A stretch of 63,904 nucleotides of DNA, filler included, from an uncultured Gemmatimonadota bacterium (GCA_964490075.1; 3 parts of 3 records of this genome joined end to end with filler, not necessarily neighbours in it); one strand, 5' to 3'. Counted from the whole stretch's first letter, positions 30,854-42,100 are shown. The notes: generated by a model not told the origin, from the letters alone. Made by a program: numbers and translations.

Positions 30854-31843
30854 ATGCGGAGCAGCTTCCGATCCTCCCTCGGGCTTCTCGTGGCGGTAGC
30901 GCTGGCGAGCGCGCCCGCTCGGGCCACCAAGTACGCCGGCGAGTCCTTCGCGGTCGGTGTCGGAGCCCGTGCGCTCGGCATGGGTGGTGCGGTGAGCGCG
31001 CTGCGCGGCGACGTCAGCTCGGCCTACTGGAATCCGGGAGCCCTGGCGGACGTGCGGCGCACCGAGCTCGCCCTGATGCACTCCGAGCGCTTCGGCGGCG
31101 TGGTGCGCTACGACTACCTGGGGCTGGCGCGCCCCCTCTCGGGGCGCTCGGTGGTCGCCGCGAGCCTGATCCGCCAGGGGATCAGCGGCATTCCGATCAC
31201 CCGCCTGATCGATCCCGCCCGGCCGCCGGTCTATGTCGAGGCCGACACCCTGGCCCTCAACTACGAGGATCTCGGGGTCGACTCCGACGCCGAGTACTTG
31301 CTGGCCCTGAGCTACGGCGTGGCGGCCGGCGCTGCCCTCTCCGCCGGCGCCTCGCTGAAGTTGATCTACAAGGACGTGGTCGGCTTCAGCGCCTACGGCG
31401 CCGGTCTCGACGCCGGTTTGCGCGCCGATCTGGGCGCGGGCGTGAGCGCCGGCGCGGTGCTGCGCGACCTGACCCTGACCCCGATCGTCTGGAGCACCGG
31501 AAGGCGCGAGGCGATCCTGCCGTCGGCCCGACTCGGCCTCGCCTGGCGGCGCGACCTGCGCCGCGGCACCTCGCTCTCGATCGCCGGCGACGCCGTGCTG
31601 CTCTTCGAAGGGCGCGACTTCGCCGCCCAGCTCTCCGCCGGACCGGCCTCGGCCGACTTCGCCGCCGGTGCCGAGCTGTGGCTGGCGGAGCGGGTGGCGT
31701 TGCGCGCCGGGCTCGACGCCGAGCAGCTCACCGCCGGAGTCTCGCTGCGACTCGGTTTCGCCCGTGTCGACTACGCCTTCCGCCAGGAGGCCGACTTCGA
31801 CGACACCCACCGCCTCGGCCTGCACCTGGAGCTCGATCTGTGA
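30854..31843 (+). CDS. PorV/PorQ-family outer membrane beta-barrel (FadL-like)
   Basis: Signal peptide, GVGARALGMGGA...AYWNPGAL, amphipathic beta strands and a VDYAF C-terminal region. Confidence 0.8.
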   Translation: MRSSFRSSLGLLVAVALASAPARATKYAGESFAVGVGARALGMGGAVSALRGDVSSAYWNPGALADVRRTELALMHSERFGGVVRYDYLGLARPLSGRSVVAASLIRQGISGIPITRLIDPARPPVYVEADTLALNYEDLGVDSDAEYLLALSYGVAAGAALSAGASLKLIYKDVVGFSAYGAGLDAGLRADLGAGVSAGAVLRDLTLTPIVWSTGRREAILPSARLGLAWRRDLRRGTSLSIAGDAVLLFEGRDFAAQLSAGPASADFAAGAELWLAERVALRAGLDAEQLTAGVSLRLGFARVDYAFRQEADFDDTHRLGLHLELDL

Positions 31844-34800
31844 GGGCAACGATTCTTGCGGCTCTCGCGAGCATCGCGCTGGTGGCGACCGCACATGCCG
31901 ACCTGCGCGTGCTGGCCGAGGACGGCAGCGGCGTCACCCTGGAACTGATTCCCGACGAGCTCGAGCTGGTCGCGTGCGCCGATCCGGCAGGCGGCCGGCG
32001 CCCCAGCTTCGCCGCCCTCCAGGCGGTGGCCGAGCCGGGGGCTCCCTGGCTTCCGGTGCGCCGCCTGCTGCTGGCGCTGCCGGCCCTCGAGGCGCCGCGC
32101 GTCGAGATCCTCGATCTTCGCACCCGCGTGCTGCCCGGGGTCGACGTGGCGCCGGTGCCCGACGGCGCGTTGGGGCCGCGCTCGAAGAGTGAGTCCCCCG
32201 CCACCTGGAGCCGCGACGCCGGCGCCTACCAGGCCGCACGCGCGCGACCCTGGGCGCGCTTCGCGCCACCCGGCCGCCAGCGCGGCATCGCCGTGGCTCC
32301 GCTCACGTTGAGCGCCGCCCGGCTCCATGCCGAGGGCCTGGAGATCGTCACCCGGCTCCTGGTCCGCGTCGACTTCGCCCACCCGGCCGGCGCCGCCTCT
32401 CCCGCTCCCTCCGGCGACCGGCGCTGGGACGCCCTGCGCTCCGCCGCCCTGCTCAACTGGCGCAGCGCCCGCCGCTTCCCCGCGCTCCCCGCTCCCGCCC
32501 TCCGGCGCTCCGCAGCGGCCGCTGCCGCCGAAACCCCCTGGGACCAGAGCGACCGCTGGCTGCGCCTCGACATCGACCACGACGCGGTCTACGCCGTGCG
32601 CCCGGCCGACTTCGACCTCGCCGGGCTCGATCCGGACGCCGTCGACCCGGCCTCGCTGCGCCTCTTCGCCCGTCCCCCGACTCCGCTGCCCGAAGACCTC
32701 GACGAGGATCCCGTCCCCTACGTGGAGATCCCGGCCCTGCTCGAAGACGACGGCGACGCCCTCTTCGAAGCGGGCGAGCGCCTGATCTTCTTCGGTGCCC
32801 AGGTCGAAGCCGCCGACGACGGGCTCGACACCTTCGGCCGCCCCCATCCCTTCGCCCATCGCAACCGTTACTGGGTCACCTGGGGCTGGGGGGTCGAGGG
32901 CGAGCCCTTGCGTGCCGCTGCCGCCGACCATCTGCCGCGCGGCGGCGAGACGCGCCATACCAGCGCCCGCCGCATCGTCCACCGGGAGCTGGAGCGGCTC
33001 ACCGCCTTCTCCTGGGGCAGCGCCTGGTACTGGGACCTGCAGGTCGGCAGCGGCGAGGTCACCCACGCCTACGACATCGAGCTGCCGCGGGTGCTGGAGT
33101 CGGGGCTCGTGCGGCTGCGGGTGGCCGAGATCGGCAAGACCGGGACCAACCACCAGGTGCGCATCGCCCTCAACGATCCCGGCGAGACTTTGGGCGAGGA
33201 GAGCTGGGGCGGGCTGCTGGAGAAGACCATCGAGGGGGAGCGCGGCACGGGGCCGACCAGCGAGGCCAACCAGGTGCTGGTCACGGTGGTGCGCGACCCC
33301 GGCTCGAGCGCCGATCAGCTCTACCTGGACTGGATCGAGCTCGAGTACCAGGCCGATCTCGACGCCGGCGGGCGCGATCAATGGGATTTCATCGTCGAGC
33401 GCTCCCCCGGCGACGAGCCCTGGGTGACGGCGCTTTCCGGGCTTTCCACGAGCGCGTCCTGGGTCTGGGAGATCACCGATCCGACGGCGCCCGTGCTGCT
33501 CGACGTCGCGGCCACCGCCACCGGCGCCGAGCTGCGCTTCGACCAGGAAGGGCGCCGGCGGCTCATCGTCGCCGCCACCCCCGACTCCTTCGTCGCGGTC
33601 GCCGCCCACACTCCGGCGCGCCTGCGCGACCCCGCGCGCGGCGCCGACTGGATCGTCGTCACCAACGCAGAGATGGACCCCGAAGCGCAGCGCCTGGCGG
33701 CCTACCGGCGCGGCCGCGGCCTGCGCGCCGCGGTGGTCGACATCGACGACATCTACGTCGAGTTCGCGGCGGGGGCGCCCGACCCGACCGCGCTGCGCAA
33801 CTTCCTGCACGCCGCCTACCACGGTTGGCAGTCCCCCGCGCCGGCCTACGTGCTGCTGCTCGGCGACGGCACCTTCGACGTGAAGAACAACTCCGGCTAC
33901 TCCGAGCACCGTCACGTCGTCCCCAGCTACCAGACCTTCGCGTCGCGCTACGCCTCCAACGTCGACGCCCTCGACGGTTGGTTCGCCGAGGTCGAGGGCG
34001 ACGATAGGGTCCAGGACATGATGATCGGCCGGCTCTGCGTGCGCAGCCGCGACAGCGCCGCCGAGGTGGTCGACAAGATCTTGCGCTACGAATCCGGCGC
34101 CGATCTCGGGCCCTGGCGCATGAAGGCGGTGCTGGTCGCCGACGACGAGCGCAATCCCGACTACGACTTCTTCGGCGAGACCGTGCACACCCGCGACTCC
34201 GAGCGGCTGGCCGAGCAGGCGCTGCCCTCGTGGATGGCCGTCGAGCGACTCTACCTGGTCGACCATCTTCTCGACGACCGCGAGAAGCCGAGCGCCCGCG
34301 ACGCCATCGTCGACGCCTTCGACACCGGCATGCTGGTGATCAACTACCTCGGCCACGGCAACCAGATCCAGTGGGCGCACGAAAACGTCTTCCGCTCCAC
34401 GCGCGACATTCCCCTGCTCGCCAACGAGGGCCGCTGGCCGCTGGTACTGGCCGGCTCCTGCACCGTCGGGCGCTTCGATCTCGACGGCAGCGATTCGATG
34501 GCCGAAGACCTGACCCGTCCCTACGACCGCGGCGCCATCGCCATGGTCGCCGCCACCCGCCCGACCTACTCCGACCCCAACTTCCGCATGATGCGCACCC
34601 TCATGCAGGAGCTCTTCCACGAGCAGAATCGCGGCGCCGGGCTCGACCTGGGCGCCGCCCATCTGGCGGCCCGCCTCTACGAGGGGAACGGCCGCAACGA
34701 GAAGCTCAACCACCTCTTCGCCGACCCCGCCCTGCGTCTGGCGATCCCCGCTCACCTGGCGCTGATCGACTCGGTGCCCGACCCCCTGGAGCCGCTGCAG

Positions 34801-36201
34801 ACCCTGCATATCTCCGGCACCGCGGTGAGCGCCGCCGACTCATCGATGGTCGCCGCCGAGGGCGTCGTCGACCTGGTGGTGCGCGAGAGCGCCTTCGACG
34901 AGATCTACACCATCCCCTCGCTGCAATGGCGCATGCCTTTCGAACGTGCCGGCGAGCTGATCTTCCAGGGCCAGGCCGAGCTGCGGGCCGGGCGTTTCGA
35001 GGCCGATCTGGTGGTGCCGCGCGGCTTCCGCTCCGGTGCCCGGGGCGCGGTCCATGCCTACCTGCGGCTCGACGACGGCGCCGACGGTTCCGGTGTGCGC
35101 CGCGACCTGGACTACTCCGGTCAGCCCCTGCGGATCGACGCCCTCGAGGCCCTCTATCCCGTCGATCCCGAGGCCGGTGCCCATGCCGAGCGTGGCTGGG
35201 GCTGGCACGACTCGGTGGTCGACCAGGAGGCCGCCGCCGGCGCGCCCGACGGCGTGGCCGCCGAGATCGGCGTCGGAGCCTGGATCGGCCTCGACTTCGA
35301 CGGCGGGCCACAGGACGAGACCATCACCGACGGCGTCGGCAACGGCCCCGGGCCCGATCTGCGCGTCCACCAGCTCGACGCCGCGCCGAGCGCCGTCTAC
35401 GGGTCGAGCAACGCGGTCGACTGGCGCTACCTCGGGGTCGTCGAAGGGACCGGCGAGCTGGCCATCGACGACCTGATCCACAAGGCCCGCTACGTCCGCC
35501 TCTACACCACCGTCCCCGACACCGTCCCCGTCGACGCCAACCCGCCCCAGATCCGGGTCTTCGCCGCCGGGCGCGAGGTTGGCGCGGGCGGCGTGATTCT
35601 GGGGCGTGGCAATCCCCTCACCTTCGTGGTCGACGACCCGCAGGGCATCGCGCTGCTGCCGGGGATGCAGCGCGGCGTGACGCTGCGCCTGGAGACCCTG
35701 GGCTCGACCGGCAACGTCAGCGGCATCGAGGAGTTCGACCTGGGATCGAGCTTCACCTACGATCGCGGCAGCCACCGCCGCGGCCGGGTGCGTTTCGTCC
35801 TCGACAAGCCCGCCGGGGACTATGTCCTGATCCTGTCCGCATCCGACAATACCGGCGCCCGCGCCTCCACGGAGATCGACGCGACGGTTCGCGCCGGCCT
35901 CGCGGTGGTCGACCTCAAGAGCTACCCCAACCCCTTCTCGAAGCGCACCTGGATCACCTGGCGCGGCAGCGCTCAGGGCAGCGCCAGAGTCAAGATCTAC
36001 ACCGTCACCGGACGCCTGATCCGGGTGCTCGAGGCCCAGACCGACCCCAGCCTCGAGGGCTACGGGTTCGTGGAGTGGGACGGCACCGACCAGGATCGCG
36101 ATCCGGTCGCCAATGGTGTCTACCTGTTCCGAGTCGAGCTATCCTCCACCACCACCAGAGAGAAGGCCGACGGACTGGGACGCATCGTGGTGATGCGCTG
36201 A
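31840..36201 (+). CDS. porU: Type IX secretion sortase PorU-like C25 (gingipain-family) cysteine peptidase with propeptide and FlgD-Ig C-terminal domain
   Basis: Signal peptide from the GTG overlapping the previous stop. YVLLLGDGTFD, MIGRL, catalytic NYLGHG and SCTVGRFD. CTD YPNPF...KIYTVTGRLIR...WDGTDQDRDPVANGVYL. Confidence 0.85.
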   Translation: MRATILAALASIALVATAHADLRVLAEDGSGVTLELIPDELELVACADPAGGRRPSFAALQAVAEPGAPWLPVRRLLLALPALEAPRVEILDLRTRVLPGVDVAPVPDGALGPRSKSESPATWSRDAGAYQAARARPWARFAPPGRQRGIAVAPLTLSAARLHAEGLEIVTRLLVRVDFAHPAGAASPAPSGDRRWDALRSAALLNWRSARRFPALPAPALRRSAAAAAAETPWDQSDRWLRLDIDHDAVYAVRPADFDLAGLDPDAVDPASLRLFARPPTPLPEDLDEDPVPYVEIPALLEDDGDALFEAGERLIFFGAQVEAADDGLDTFGRPHPFAHRNRYWVTWGWGVEGEPLRAAAADHLPRGGETRHTSARRIVHRELERLTAFSWGSAWYWDLQVGSGEVTHAYDIELPRVLESGLVRLRVAEIGKTGTNHQVRIALNDPGETLGEESWGGLLEKTIEGERGTGPTSEANQVLVTVVRDPGSSADQLYLDWIELEYQADLDAGGRDQWDFIVERSPGDEPWVTALSGLSTSASWVWEITDPTAPVLLDVAATATGAELRFDQEGRRRLIVAATPDSFVAVAAHTPARLRDPARGADWIVVTNAEMDPEAQRLAAYRRGRGLRAAVVDIDDIYVEFAAGAPDPTALRNFLHAAYHGWQSPAPAYVLLLGDGTFDVKNNSGYSEHRHVVPSYQTFASRYASNVDALDGWFAEVEGDDRVQDMMIGRLCVRSRDSAAEVVDKILRYESGADLGPWRMKAVLVADDERNPDYDFFGETVHTRDSERLAEQALPSWMAVERLYLVDHLLDDREKPSARDAIVDAFDTGMLVINYLGHGNQIQWAHENVFRSTRDIPLLANEGRWPLVLAGSCTVGRFDLDGSDSMAEDLTRPYDRGAIAMVAATRPTYSDPNFRMMRTLMQELFHEQNRGAGLDLGAAHLAARLYEGNGRNEKLNHLFADPALRLAIPAHLALIDSVPDPLEPLQTLHISGTAVSAADSSMVAAEGVVDLVVRESAFDEIYTIPSLQWRMPFERAGELIFQGQAELRAGRFEADLVVPRGFRSGARGAVHAYLRLDDGADGSGVRRDLDYSGQPLRIDALEALYPVDPEAGAHAERGWGWHDSVVDQEAAAGAPDGVAAEIGVGAWIGLDFDGGPQDETITDGVGNGPGPDLRVHQLDAAPSAVYGSSNAVDWRYLGVVEGTGELAIDDLIHKARYVRLYTTVPDTVPVDANPPQIRVFAAGREVGAGGVILGRGNPLTFVVDDPQGIALLPGMQRGVTLRLETLGSTGNVSGIEEFDLGSSFTYDRGSHRRGRVRFVLDKPAGDYVLILSASDNTGARASTEIDATVRAGLAVVDLKSYPNPFSKRTWITWRGSAQGSARVKIYTVTGRLIRVLEAQTDPSLEGYGFVEWDGTDQDRDPVANGVYLFRVELSSTTTREKADGLGRIVVMR

Positions 36202-36234
36202 TCCACCGATCCGCGGGAAAGCGATGCACAAAGG

Positions 36235-37203
36235 ATGATGACCAGACTCCCCTCAGCAGTGGTTGCCGGCGCGCTGCTCGCGCTGATGCCCCTCCCCGCC
36301 CATGCCCAGGGCAACGACGTGATCTGGGTGCTCTTCCCCTATGGCGCCCGGGCCGCCGGAATGGGCAAGGCCTTCAGCGCAGAAGGGACCGGCATCGAGG
36401 CGATCCACTGGAATCCCGCCGGTCTGGCGACGCTGGGCGGCTCCGAAGTGCTCTTGAGCCACATGGAGAACGTCATCGACCACCGTGTCGAGTTCCTCAC
36501 CCTCGCCTTTCCCGGCGGAGAGTGGGGCAACTTCGGCCTGAGCCTCTATCTCGATCATCTCGGCGAGGCGATCCCCGAGGTCGACGACGCCGGCGAGGTG
36601 CTCGGCACCATCGGGGTGTGGGACAACTTCTGGGGCATCAGCTACGCCACGCCGGTCACCGACGACCTCGACTTCGGCGCCAACCTGAAGCTGCTCATAT
36701 CCAAGCTGGCCGACGTGGTCGGCTATTCCACCGCCTTCGACGTCGGCATCCGCTGGCGGCCCAGCGAGCAGCTGGCGCTAGCGCTGACCCTGCGCAACCA
36801 GGGCCCCAAGCTGCAGTACATCGACGCCTACCAGGCCGATCCGATCGCCGGCCGGGCGGTGCTCGGGGCACGCTACGAGATCCTGAACGACTCGGTGAAC
36901 CGCTGGATCGTCACCGGCGACCTCTACAAGTCGACCACGGTGCTCGACCAGAGCACCGACCTGCAATGGCGCGAGATCAAGGGCTACCTGGGCACCGAGT
37001 TCACCTATCTCACCGAGAGCGCCAACATCGAAGCGCTCTCGCTGCGCGGCGGCTACATCTGGGAGCGCGACGTGCGCACCGAAGGACGCAGCTTCAGCTA
37101 CGGCATCGGCTTCGAGTGGGGATCGGCGCGCTTCGATCTGGCGGTCGTCGACGACAACGATCTGGAGCAGAAGCAGCTCTTTTCCATCGCCATGGGGTTC
37201 TAG
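36235..37203 (+). CDS. porV: PorV-family outer membrane beta-barrel
   Basis: Signal peptide, YGARAAGMG...IHWNPAGL, LRNQGPKLQYIDAYQADP and C-terminal Phe. Confidence 0.78.
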   Translation: MMTRLPSAVVAGALLALMPLPAHAQGNDVIWVLFPYGARAAGMGKAFSAEGTGIEAIHWNPAGLATLGGSEVLLSHMENVIDHRVEFLTLAFPGGEWGNFGLSLYLDHLGEAIPEVDDAGEVLGTIGVWDNFWGISYATPVTDDLDFGANLKLLISKLADVVGYSTAFDVGIRWRPSEQLALALTLRNQGPKLQYIDAYQADPIAGRAVLGARYEILNDSVNRWIVTGDLYKSTTVLDQSTDLQWREIKGYLGTEFTYLTESANIEALSLRGGYIWERDVRTEGRSFSYGIGFEWGSARFDLAVVDDNDLEQKQLFSIAMGF

Positions 37204-37206
37204 GGA

Positions 37207-38277
37207 ATGAAGATGCAAGACCGTTCGACCTGGATGGCACACGCACTGCTGGTCGCACTTTTCACCGGCCCGGCGGCCCGCGCCGACGACGACCCGGGGG
37301 CGGGAGCCAAGCGCCCCTTGCTCGCCTTCGCCGCCTCCGCGGCGCTGCCCGGCCTGGGTCAGATCTACGGCGCCCGGCCGCTCTCCGGCGCTCTCTTCCT
37401 CGGTGCCGAGACGGTCACGGTCGGCACCTATCTCTACCTGCAGAGCGAAGGCGACTCGCGCGAGATCGACTTCATGCGCTACGCCCAGGCCGAGGCCGGT
37501 GCGGCGAGCTCAGCCCCCGACGGAACCCACGATTTCGACAAGTACTACGAAGATCTGATCAAGGAGAGCACCACCTGGGGTGGCGGCTACTTCGGCAATT
37601 CCTACGTCAAGGTGATCGAAGGCAACGACGGCTTCGAGACCCTCACCTACCAGGGCGACGCCACCCACTTCTTCGACTGGGAGCCGATCAGCCCGGAGGT
37701 TCTCGAGCAGGAGATCGAGTTTCTCGACTACTACGCCGACTTCGACCGGCTGGTGATGCAGAAGATCCTCGACGAGAACCAGAACGATTCCTACAACCAG
37801 AAGGCCTGGAAGGATGCCGCCGAGACCAACTTGGCCCCCGACCGCAGCTTCACCGGCGAGCTCTCCGACTTCTTCGACAGCCAGGCGCCGCTCGGCTCCA
37901 ACGGCAATCTGCGGCGCACCTACGACGAGTACCGCGTGCGCGCCTACGGCGGCACCTGGGCCTGGAACTGGGCCCATCCGGAGGGCGACCAGAAGAGCAC
38001 CCGGCCGGTCGGCAGCGCGCGCACCCGTGCCGAGGCCAACCTGGCCGAGTACAAGCGCCTGCGCGGCCGCGCCAACGACTCCTACAAGCAGGCCACCTTC
38101 GTCGGCGGACTGGCGCTCTTCAACCACGTGGTCAGCTCGATCCATGCCGCCAAGGGTGCGGCCCTCAAGAACCGCGAGCGGCTGGGCGCGCTGCCCGGCG
38201 GGGCGCGGCTCGGCCTGGGGGTGAACCCCAGCATCAAGAACCCAGGCGTCGAGCTGCGTTTGACGCGCGCCTTCTGA
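37207..38277 (+). CDS. Hypothetical exported/outer-membrane protein (SA..PGxGQ.Y family, DUF5683-like)
   Basis: Signal peptide, SAALPGLGQIY, an acidic central region, NHVVSSIHA and a terminal beta strand ending in Phe. Confidence 0.7.
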   Translation: MKMQDRSTWMAHALLVALFTGPAARADDDPGAGAKRPLLAFAASAALPGLGQIYGARPLSGALFLGAETVTVGTYLYLQSEGDSREIDFMRYAQAEAGAASSAPDGTHDFDKYYEDLIKESTTWGGGYFGNSYVKVIEGNDGFETLTYQGDATHFFDWEPISPEVLEQEIEFLDYYADFDRLVMQKILDENQNDSYNQKAWKDAAETNLAPDRSFTGELSDFFDSQAPLGSNGNLRRTYDEYRVRAYGGTWAWNWAHPEGDQKSTRPVGSARTRAEANLAEYKRLRGRANDSYKQATFVGGLALFNHVVSSIHAAKGAALKNRERLGALPGGARLGLGVNPSIKNPGVELRLTRAF

Positions 38278-38303
38278 GCACCCGGCGCGTCATTGGAAGA
38301 CCT

Positions 38304-39170
38304 TTGAGACCACTCGCCTTGCTGGTGTCGGTCGCGCTGGGGTGCACGGCGCCAGCGAGCGCCGGGCCGGGCTGGCCCGCGCTGCTCGACGCTCAGCGCC
38401 CCCGCTCGATTTCGGTCGATCGGCTGGGGCGGGTCTACGCGGTCGATGCCGCGCGCTCGCGCATCCTGGTGCTCTCCGGCGAAGGCGAGCTGCTGCGCAG
38501 CCTGGGACGGCCCGGATCTGCGGCCGACGGGCAGTTCTTCGAGCCTTGCGGCGTGGCGGCCGGAGCCGGGTTTCATATGGCGGTGGCCGACGCCGGCAAC
38601 GGCCGGGTGGTGCGTTACGCCACCGAGCTCGACGGCCGGGCGCACAGCTTCGATGCCGTGCTGCTCGATCGCGGCGCCCTGGCCGGCGGCCTGTTCCGGC
38701 CGCTCGATCTCGACTTCGACCCGGCCGGCGGTCTGGCGGTGCTCGACGGCGAGAGTCGCCAGGTATCGATTCTGGATCCATTTGGCCGCGTCGAGCGCAG
38801 CTTTGCCGGTTTCGGCGATCTGCCCGGCCGGCTGCGCGCCCCCTCGTCGATCGCCTACGATCGACGGCGCGGTATCTTCGTAGCCGATCCAGGCCAGATC
38901 GTGGTCTTCGACCTCTTCGGGGCCCATCGCGCGGATTGGCCGCTGCCGGGCGCCGCTCACCCGGCGGGAATCGCTCTCGATCACCGCGGGCGCCTCGCCG
39001 TGACGCTGCCGGATCGAGGCCGCGTAGTGATCCTCTCGACCGCGGGAGATGTGGCTGAGACCCTCGCCCCCACACCCGAGCCGATCGACGTCGCCTTCGG
39101 CCCCGGCGGCCGTCTCTTCGTCCTCGACGGCGGGAGCGGAGCGGTCCACCGCCTGCCGCCCCTGCCCTGA
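38304..39170 (+). CDS. NHL-repeat beta-propeller protein, exported
   Basis: PRSISVD..GRVYAVD, GQFFEPCGVA, PLDLDFD, PSSIAYD, PAGIALD and PIDVAF repeats. Probable TTG start followed by a signal peptide. It is the 3' end of the track ORF 34230-39170. Confidence 0.82.
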   Translation: MRPLALLVSVALGCTAPASAGPGWPALLDAQRPRSISVDRLGRVYAVDAARSRILVLSGEGELLRSLGRPGSAADGQFFEPCGVAAGAGFHMAVADAGNGRVVRYATELDGRAHSFDAVLLDRGALAGGLFRPLDLDFDPAGGLAVLDGESRQVSILDPFGRVERSFAGFGDLPGRLRAPSSIAYDRRRGIFVADPGQIVVFDLFGAHRADWPLPGAAHPAGIALDHRGRLAVTLPDRGRVVILSTAGDVAETLAPTPEPIDVAFGPGGRLFVLDGGSGAVHRLPPLP

Positions 39171-39171
39171 C

Positions 39172-42100
39172 GTGGCGGCGGCGTTGCTCACTTCGCTGCC
39201 GGTGCTGCTCGCCACCGCGGTCTCTGCGCAGCCGCCGCCCGCGCCCGACCTCGTGCCCGCCGCGGCGCAACGAGACACGGCGCTGGTGCTGCGCGCCGGG
39301 CGCTGCGAGAGCCGCATCGTCGGTGACGGCAGCCGCGGCCCCTACCCCTTGCCCTGCCCCTTCCCGAACCCCGCCACCCTGCGGGTCGTCCGGGCCGGCG
39401 CCGCGCTCGCGCCGCGGGTCGGCTACGTCCTCGATCTCGATACCCAGACCCTCAGCCTTCGCCGCCGTCTGCCCCTCGGCGAAGAGATCGAGCTGAGCTA
39501 CGACTCCTTCCCCTTCGCGCTGCCCCGGCGGCTCGCGGTCCTGGAGCCCGACTCGATCGCGGCGCCCGGCGACTCGGCCCGCTTCGCGCTTCCCGTCTCC
39601 GCGCCGGTGCTCAGCCCCGACATCCCCTCGACCCTCTTCCTCACCGGCTCCAAGACCGTCGGCCTGCGTCTCGGCCATGCCGGTGAGCCGGCCCTCGAGC
39701 AATCGCTGCGGGTCACCCTCTTCGGCCAGATCAGCGAGCAGATCGAGGTCAACGGCGTGCTCTCCGACCAGAGCCTGCCTTTCCAGCCCGAGGGCACCAC
39801 CACCGAGCTGGACGAGATCGACAAGGTCTTCGTGGAGGTCCAGGGACCGGCCTTCCGGGCGCTCCTGGGAGATCAGGTGCTGGCCCACGAGCGCGGCGAG
39901 TGGCTGCGCTTCGAACGTAAGGTGAGCGGGGCGCTCGCCGAGACCCGCTACGGGGAAGGGGCGGTCGAGGCAGCCGGGACCGTGACCGGGGGGCGCTTCG
40001 CCACCATGCGTTTCTTCGGCCAGGAGGGCAGCCAGGGGCCCTACCCCCTGAGCCCGGGGGCCGGCGCCGGGGCGGGCGCGAACGATATCCTGGTGCTGGC
40101 CGGCAGCGAGAAGGTGTGGATCGACGGCGTGCCGATGGTGCGCGGCGAGGACCGCGACTATGTCATCGACTACGAGCGCGGCGAGCTCAGCTTCAGCTCG
40201 CGGCGGATGATCACCTCCGAGCAAGAGATCGTGATCGACTTCGAGTATTCCGCCGATCGCTACCGGCGCACCCTCTCGCTAGGCCGGGCGCGCGCCGTGG
40301 CCGGACCGGCCCGGGCCGAGCTGGTGCTGATGCGCGAAGGCGACGATGCGCGGCGGCCGCTCTTCCGCAGCTTCGACGCCGCCGATCTCGCAGCGCTGGC
40401 GGCGGCGGGCGATTCGGCCGCCCTGGCGGTCCGCAGCGGCGCGATCGAGGTGGAGCATGGGGAAGGCGACTACCTGCTGGAGGAGCAGCTCGACGGGCGC
40501 GAGGGGTTTCGCTACGCGCGCGGTGCCGGCGACCATCGGGTCAGCTTCAGCGAGGTGGGCAGCGGTCTCGGCGACTACCGCCGCGAGCTGCCCTACGACG
40601 CACCGATCTACTACGTCTATGCGGGGGAGGGACTCGGAGACTACGCGCCGGTGATCTTGCTGCCTCTGCCCGAGCGCCTGGAGGTGGTCGATCTCAGGAT
40701 CGAGACGGAACTCGGCGGCGGCCTCTCGTTGGACGCGGAGGGGGCGCTCTCGCGCGACGATCCGAACCAGCTGGCGGGGCACGACGTGGCGCGCTCCGGG
40801 GCGGCGCTGGCCCTCGCTCTCGGGCTCGAACGGCGCGCGCTGGCGCCCGGGCTGGGCGATTGGGGGCGGATCGAAGGTCGCGCGGCGGCCCGGCTCCGGG
40901 ACGCAGCCTTCCGTTCTCCCGGGCGCGAGCTCGAGCTCGCCACCATCGAGGGCTGGGGCCTGTCGAACACGTTGCAGACCGAGGCTGGGGAGCGCTACGA
41001 CCTGCTGCTCGCCCACGAGATTCGTCCGTGGCTGCGCTGGGCCGGCACCTGGGGGATGCTCGGCGAGGGGGCGCGGAGCAGGCGGCGGGCGCAAGTCGAA
41101 GTGGCCGGCGGCTCGAGCGCCGGGGAGGGCGCCGTGCCCGCCGGTGGCTCCGCGACCGCGGCCGGCTCCGCCGCCGCGGCCGGCTTCGCCGCCGGCGACC
41201 GCCGCGGGCCGGGGATCGACCTGCGCCTCAACGACGTCGAGGGGCGGCGCGCCGGGGCGCGCAGCGAGCGCTTCCGCGAGGGGGTCGCCGAGCTGATCTG
41301 GAGAGGCGCACGCTTCTCTCCCGTGCTGGGCGCCGAGCGCGAAGAACGGATCGACTCGCTCGCGGTGCGCACTCATTTCGACGACCTGCGCCTGGCCTTC
41401 GCCGCGCGGCCCCTGGAGGGGCTCGAGGTCGACGCCGAGCAGCGCTTGCGCTGGGAGAACGAGACTCGCGGCGGATTCGAGCAGCGCCTGGCCCGCTCCA
41501 GCACCAGCACCCTGGCGGCCGAGCTGAGCGGCCGCGGCTCCCTCGGACTGCGCGCCGAGGCGACCCACCGCGAGCGGCGCGCCGGCGGCGGCAGCGTGCT
41601 CTCCGACCTGGTGCGCGTCGATTCCTCGTTTCTGCCGCGCTCGGGCGTGGTTGCGCTCACCGCCGCCTACTCCTTCTCGGGCGGCGAGGAGGAGCTGGCG
41701 GTGGAGCGCTACGTGCCGGCGCGGGGGGATTCCCTGCCGGGGCTCTACAGCTACGATCCGGAGCTCGGCATCTACTACCTCGATCCCGACGAGGGGCAGT
41801 TCGCGCGGCTCGTCGAGCGCACCGGAGAGAGGGAGCGGGTGCTCCAGGGATCGGCCGACGCCGAGCTGCGCATCCATCCCGAACGCGGCGCGCAGGCCCC
41901 GGCCTGGCTGCGCCAGCTCGCCTTCGAGGGCAGCGCTCGGATCGAAGAGAAGAGCACCAGCGCCGAGCGTTGGAACGTGGCGCTGCTGCGCCCTTCGCGG
42001 CTGCGCGTCCCCGGGCTGACCCTGCGCGGCCTGCTCGACGCGCGCGCCGATCTGCTGCTGCACCCCGGCGCGCCGGACTGGGATCTGCGCTTGCGGCTCG

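Noticed and set aside
28741-30981. 746-aa minus-strand ORF and similar long antisense ORFs (e.g. 31771-34809, 13019-15793, 48378-50597)
   Set aside because: They are shadows of well-supported genes on the opposite strand, expected in high-GC DNA, and carry no family motifs.
34230-39170. 1646-aa ORF as a giant protein
   Set aside because: It is an Arg/Pro-rich off-frame read-through across porU, porV and the next gene. Only the last part (38304-39170, NHL repeats) is protein-like.
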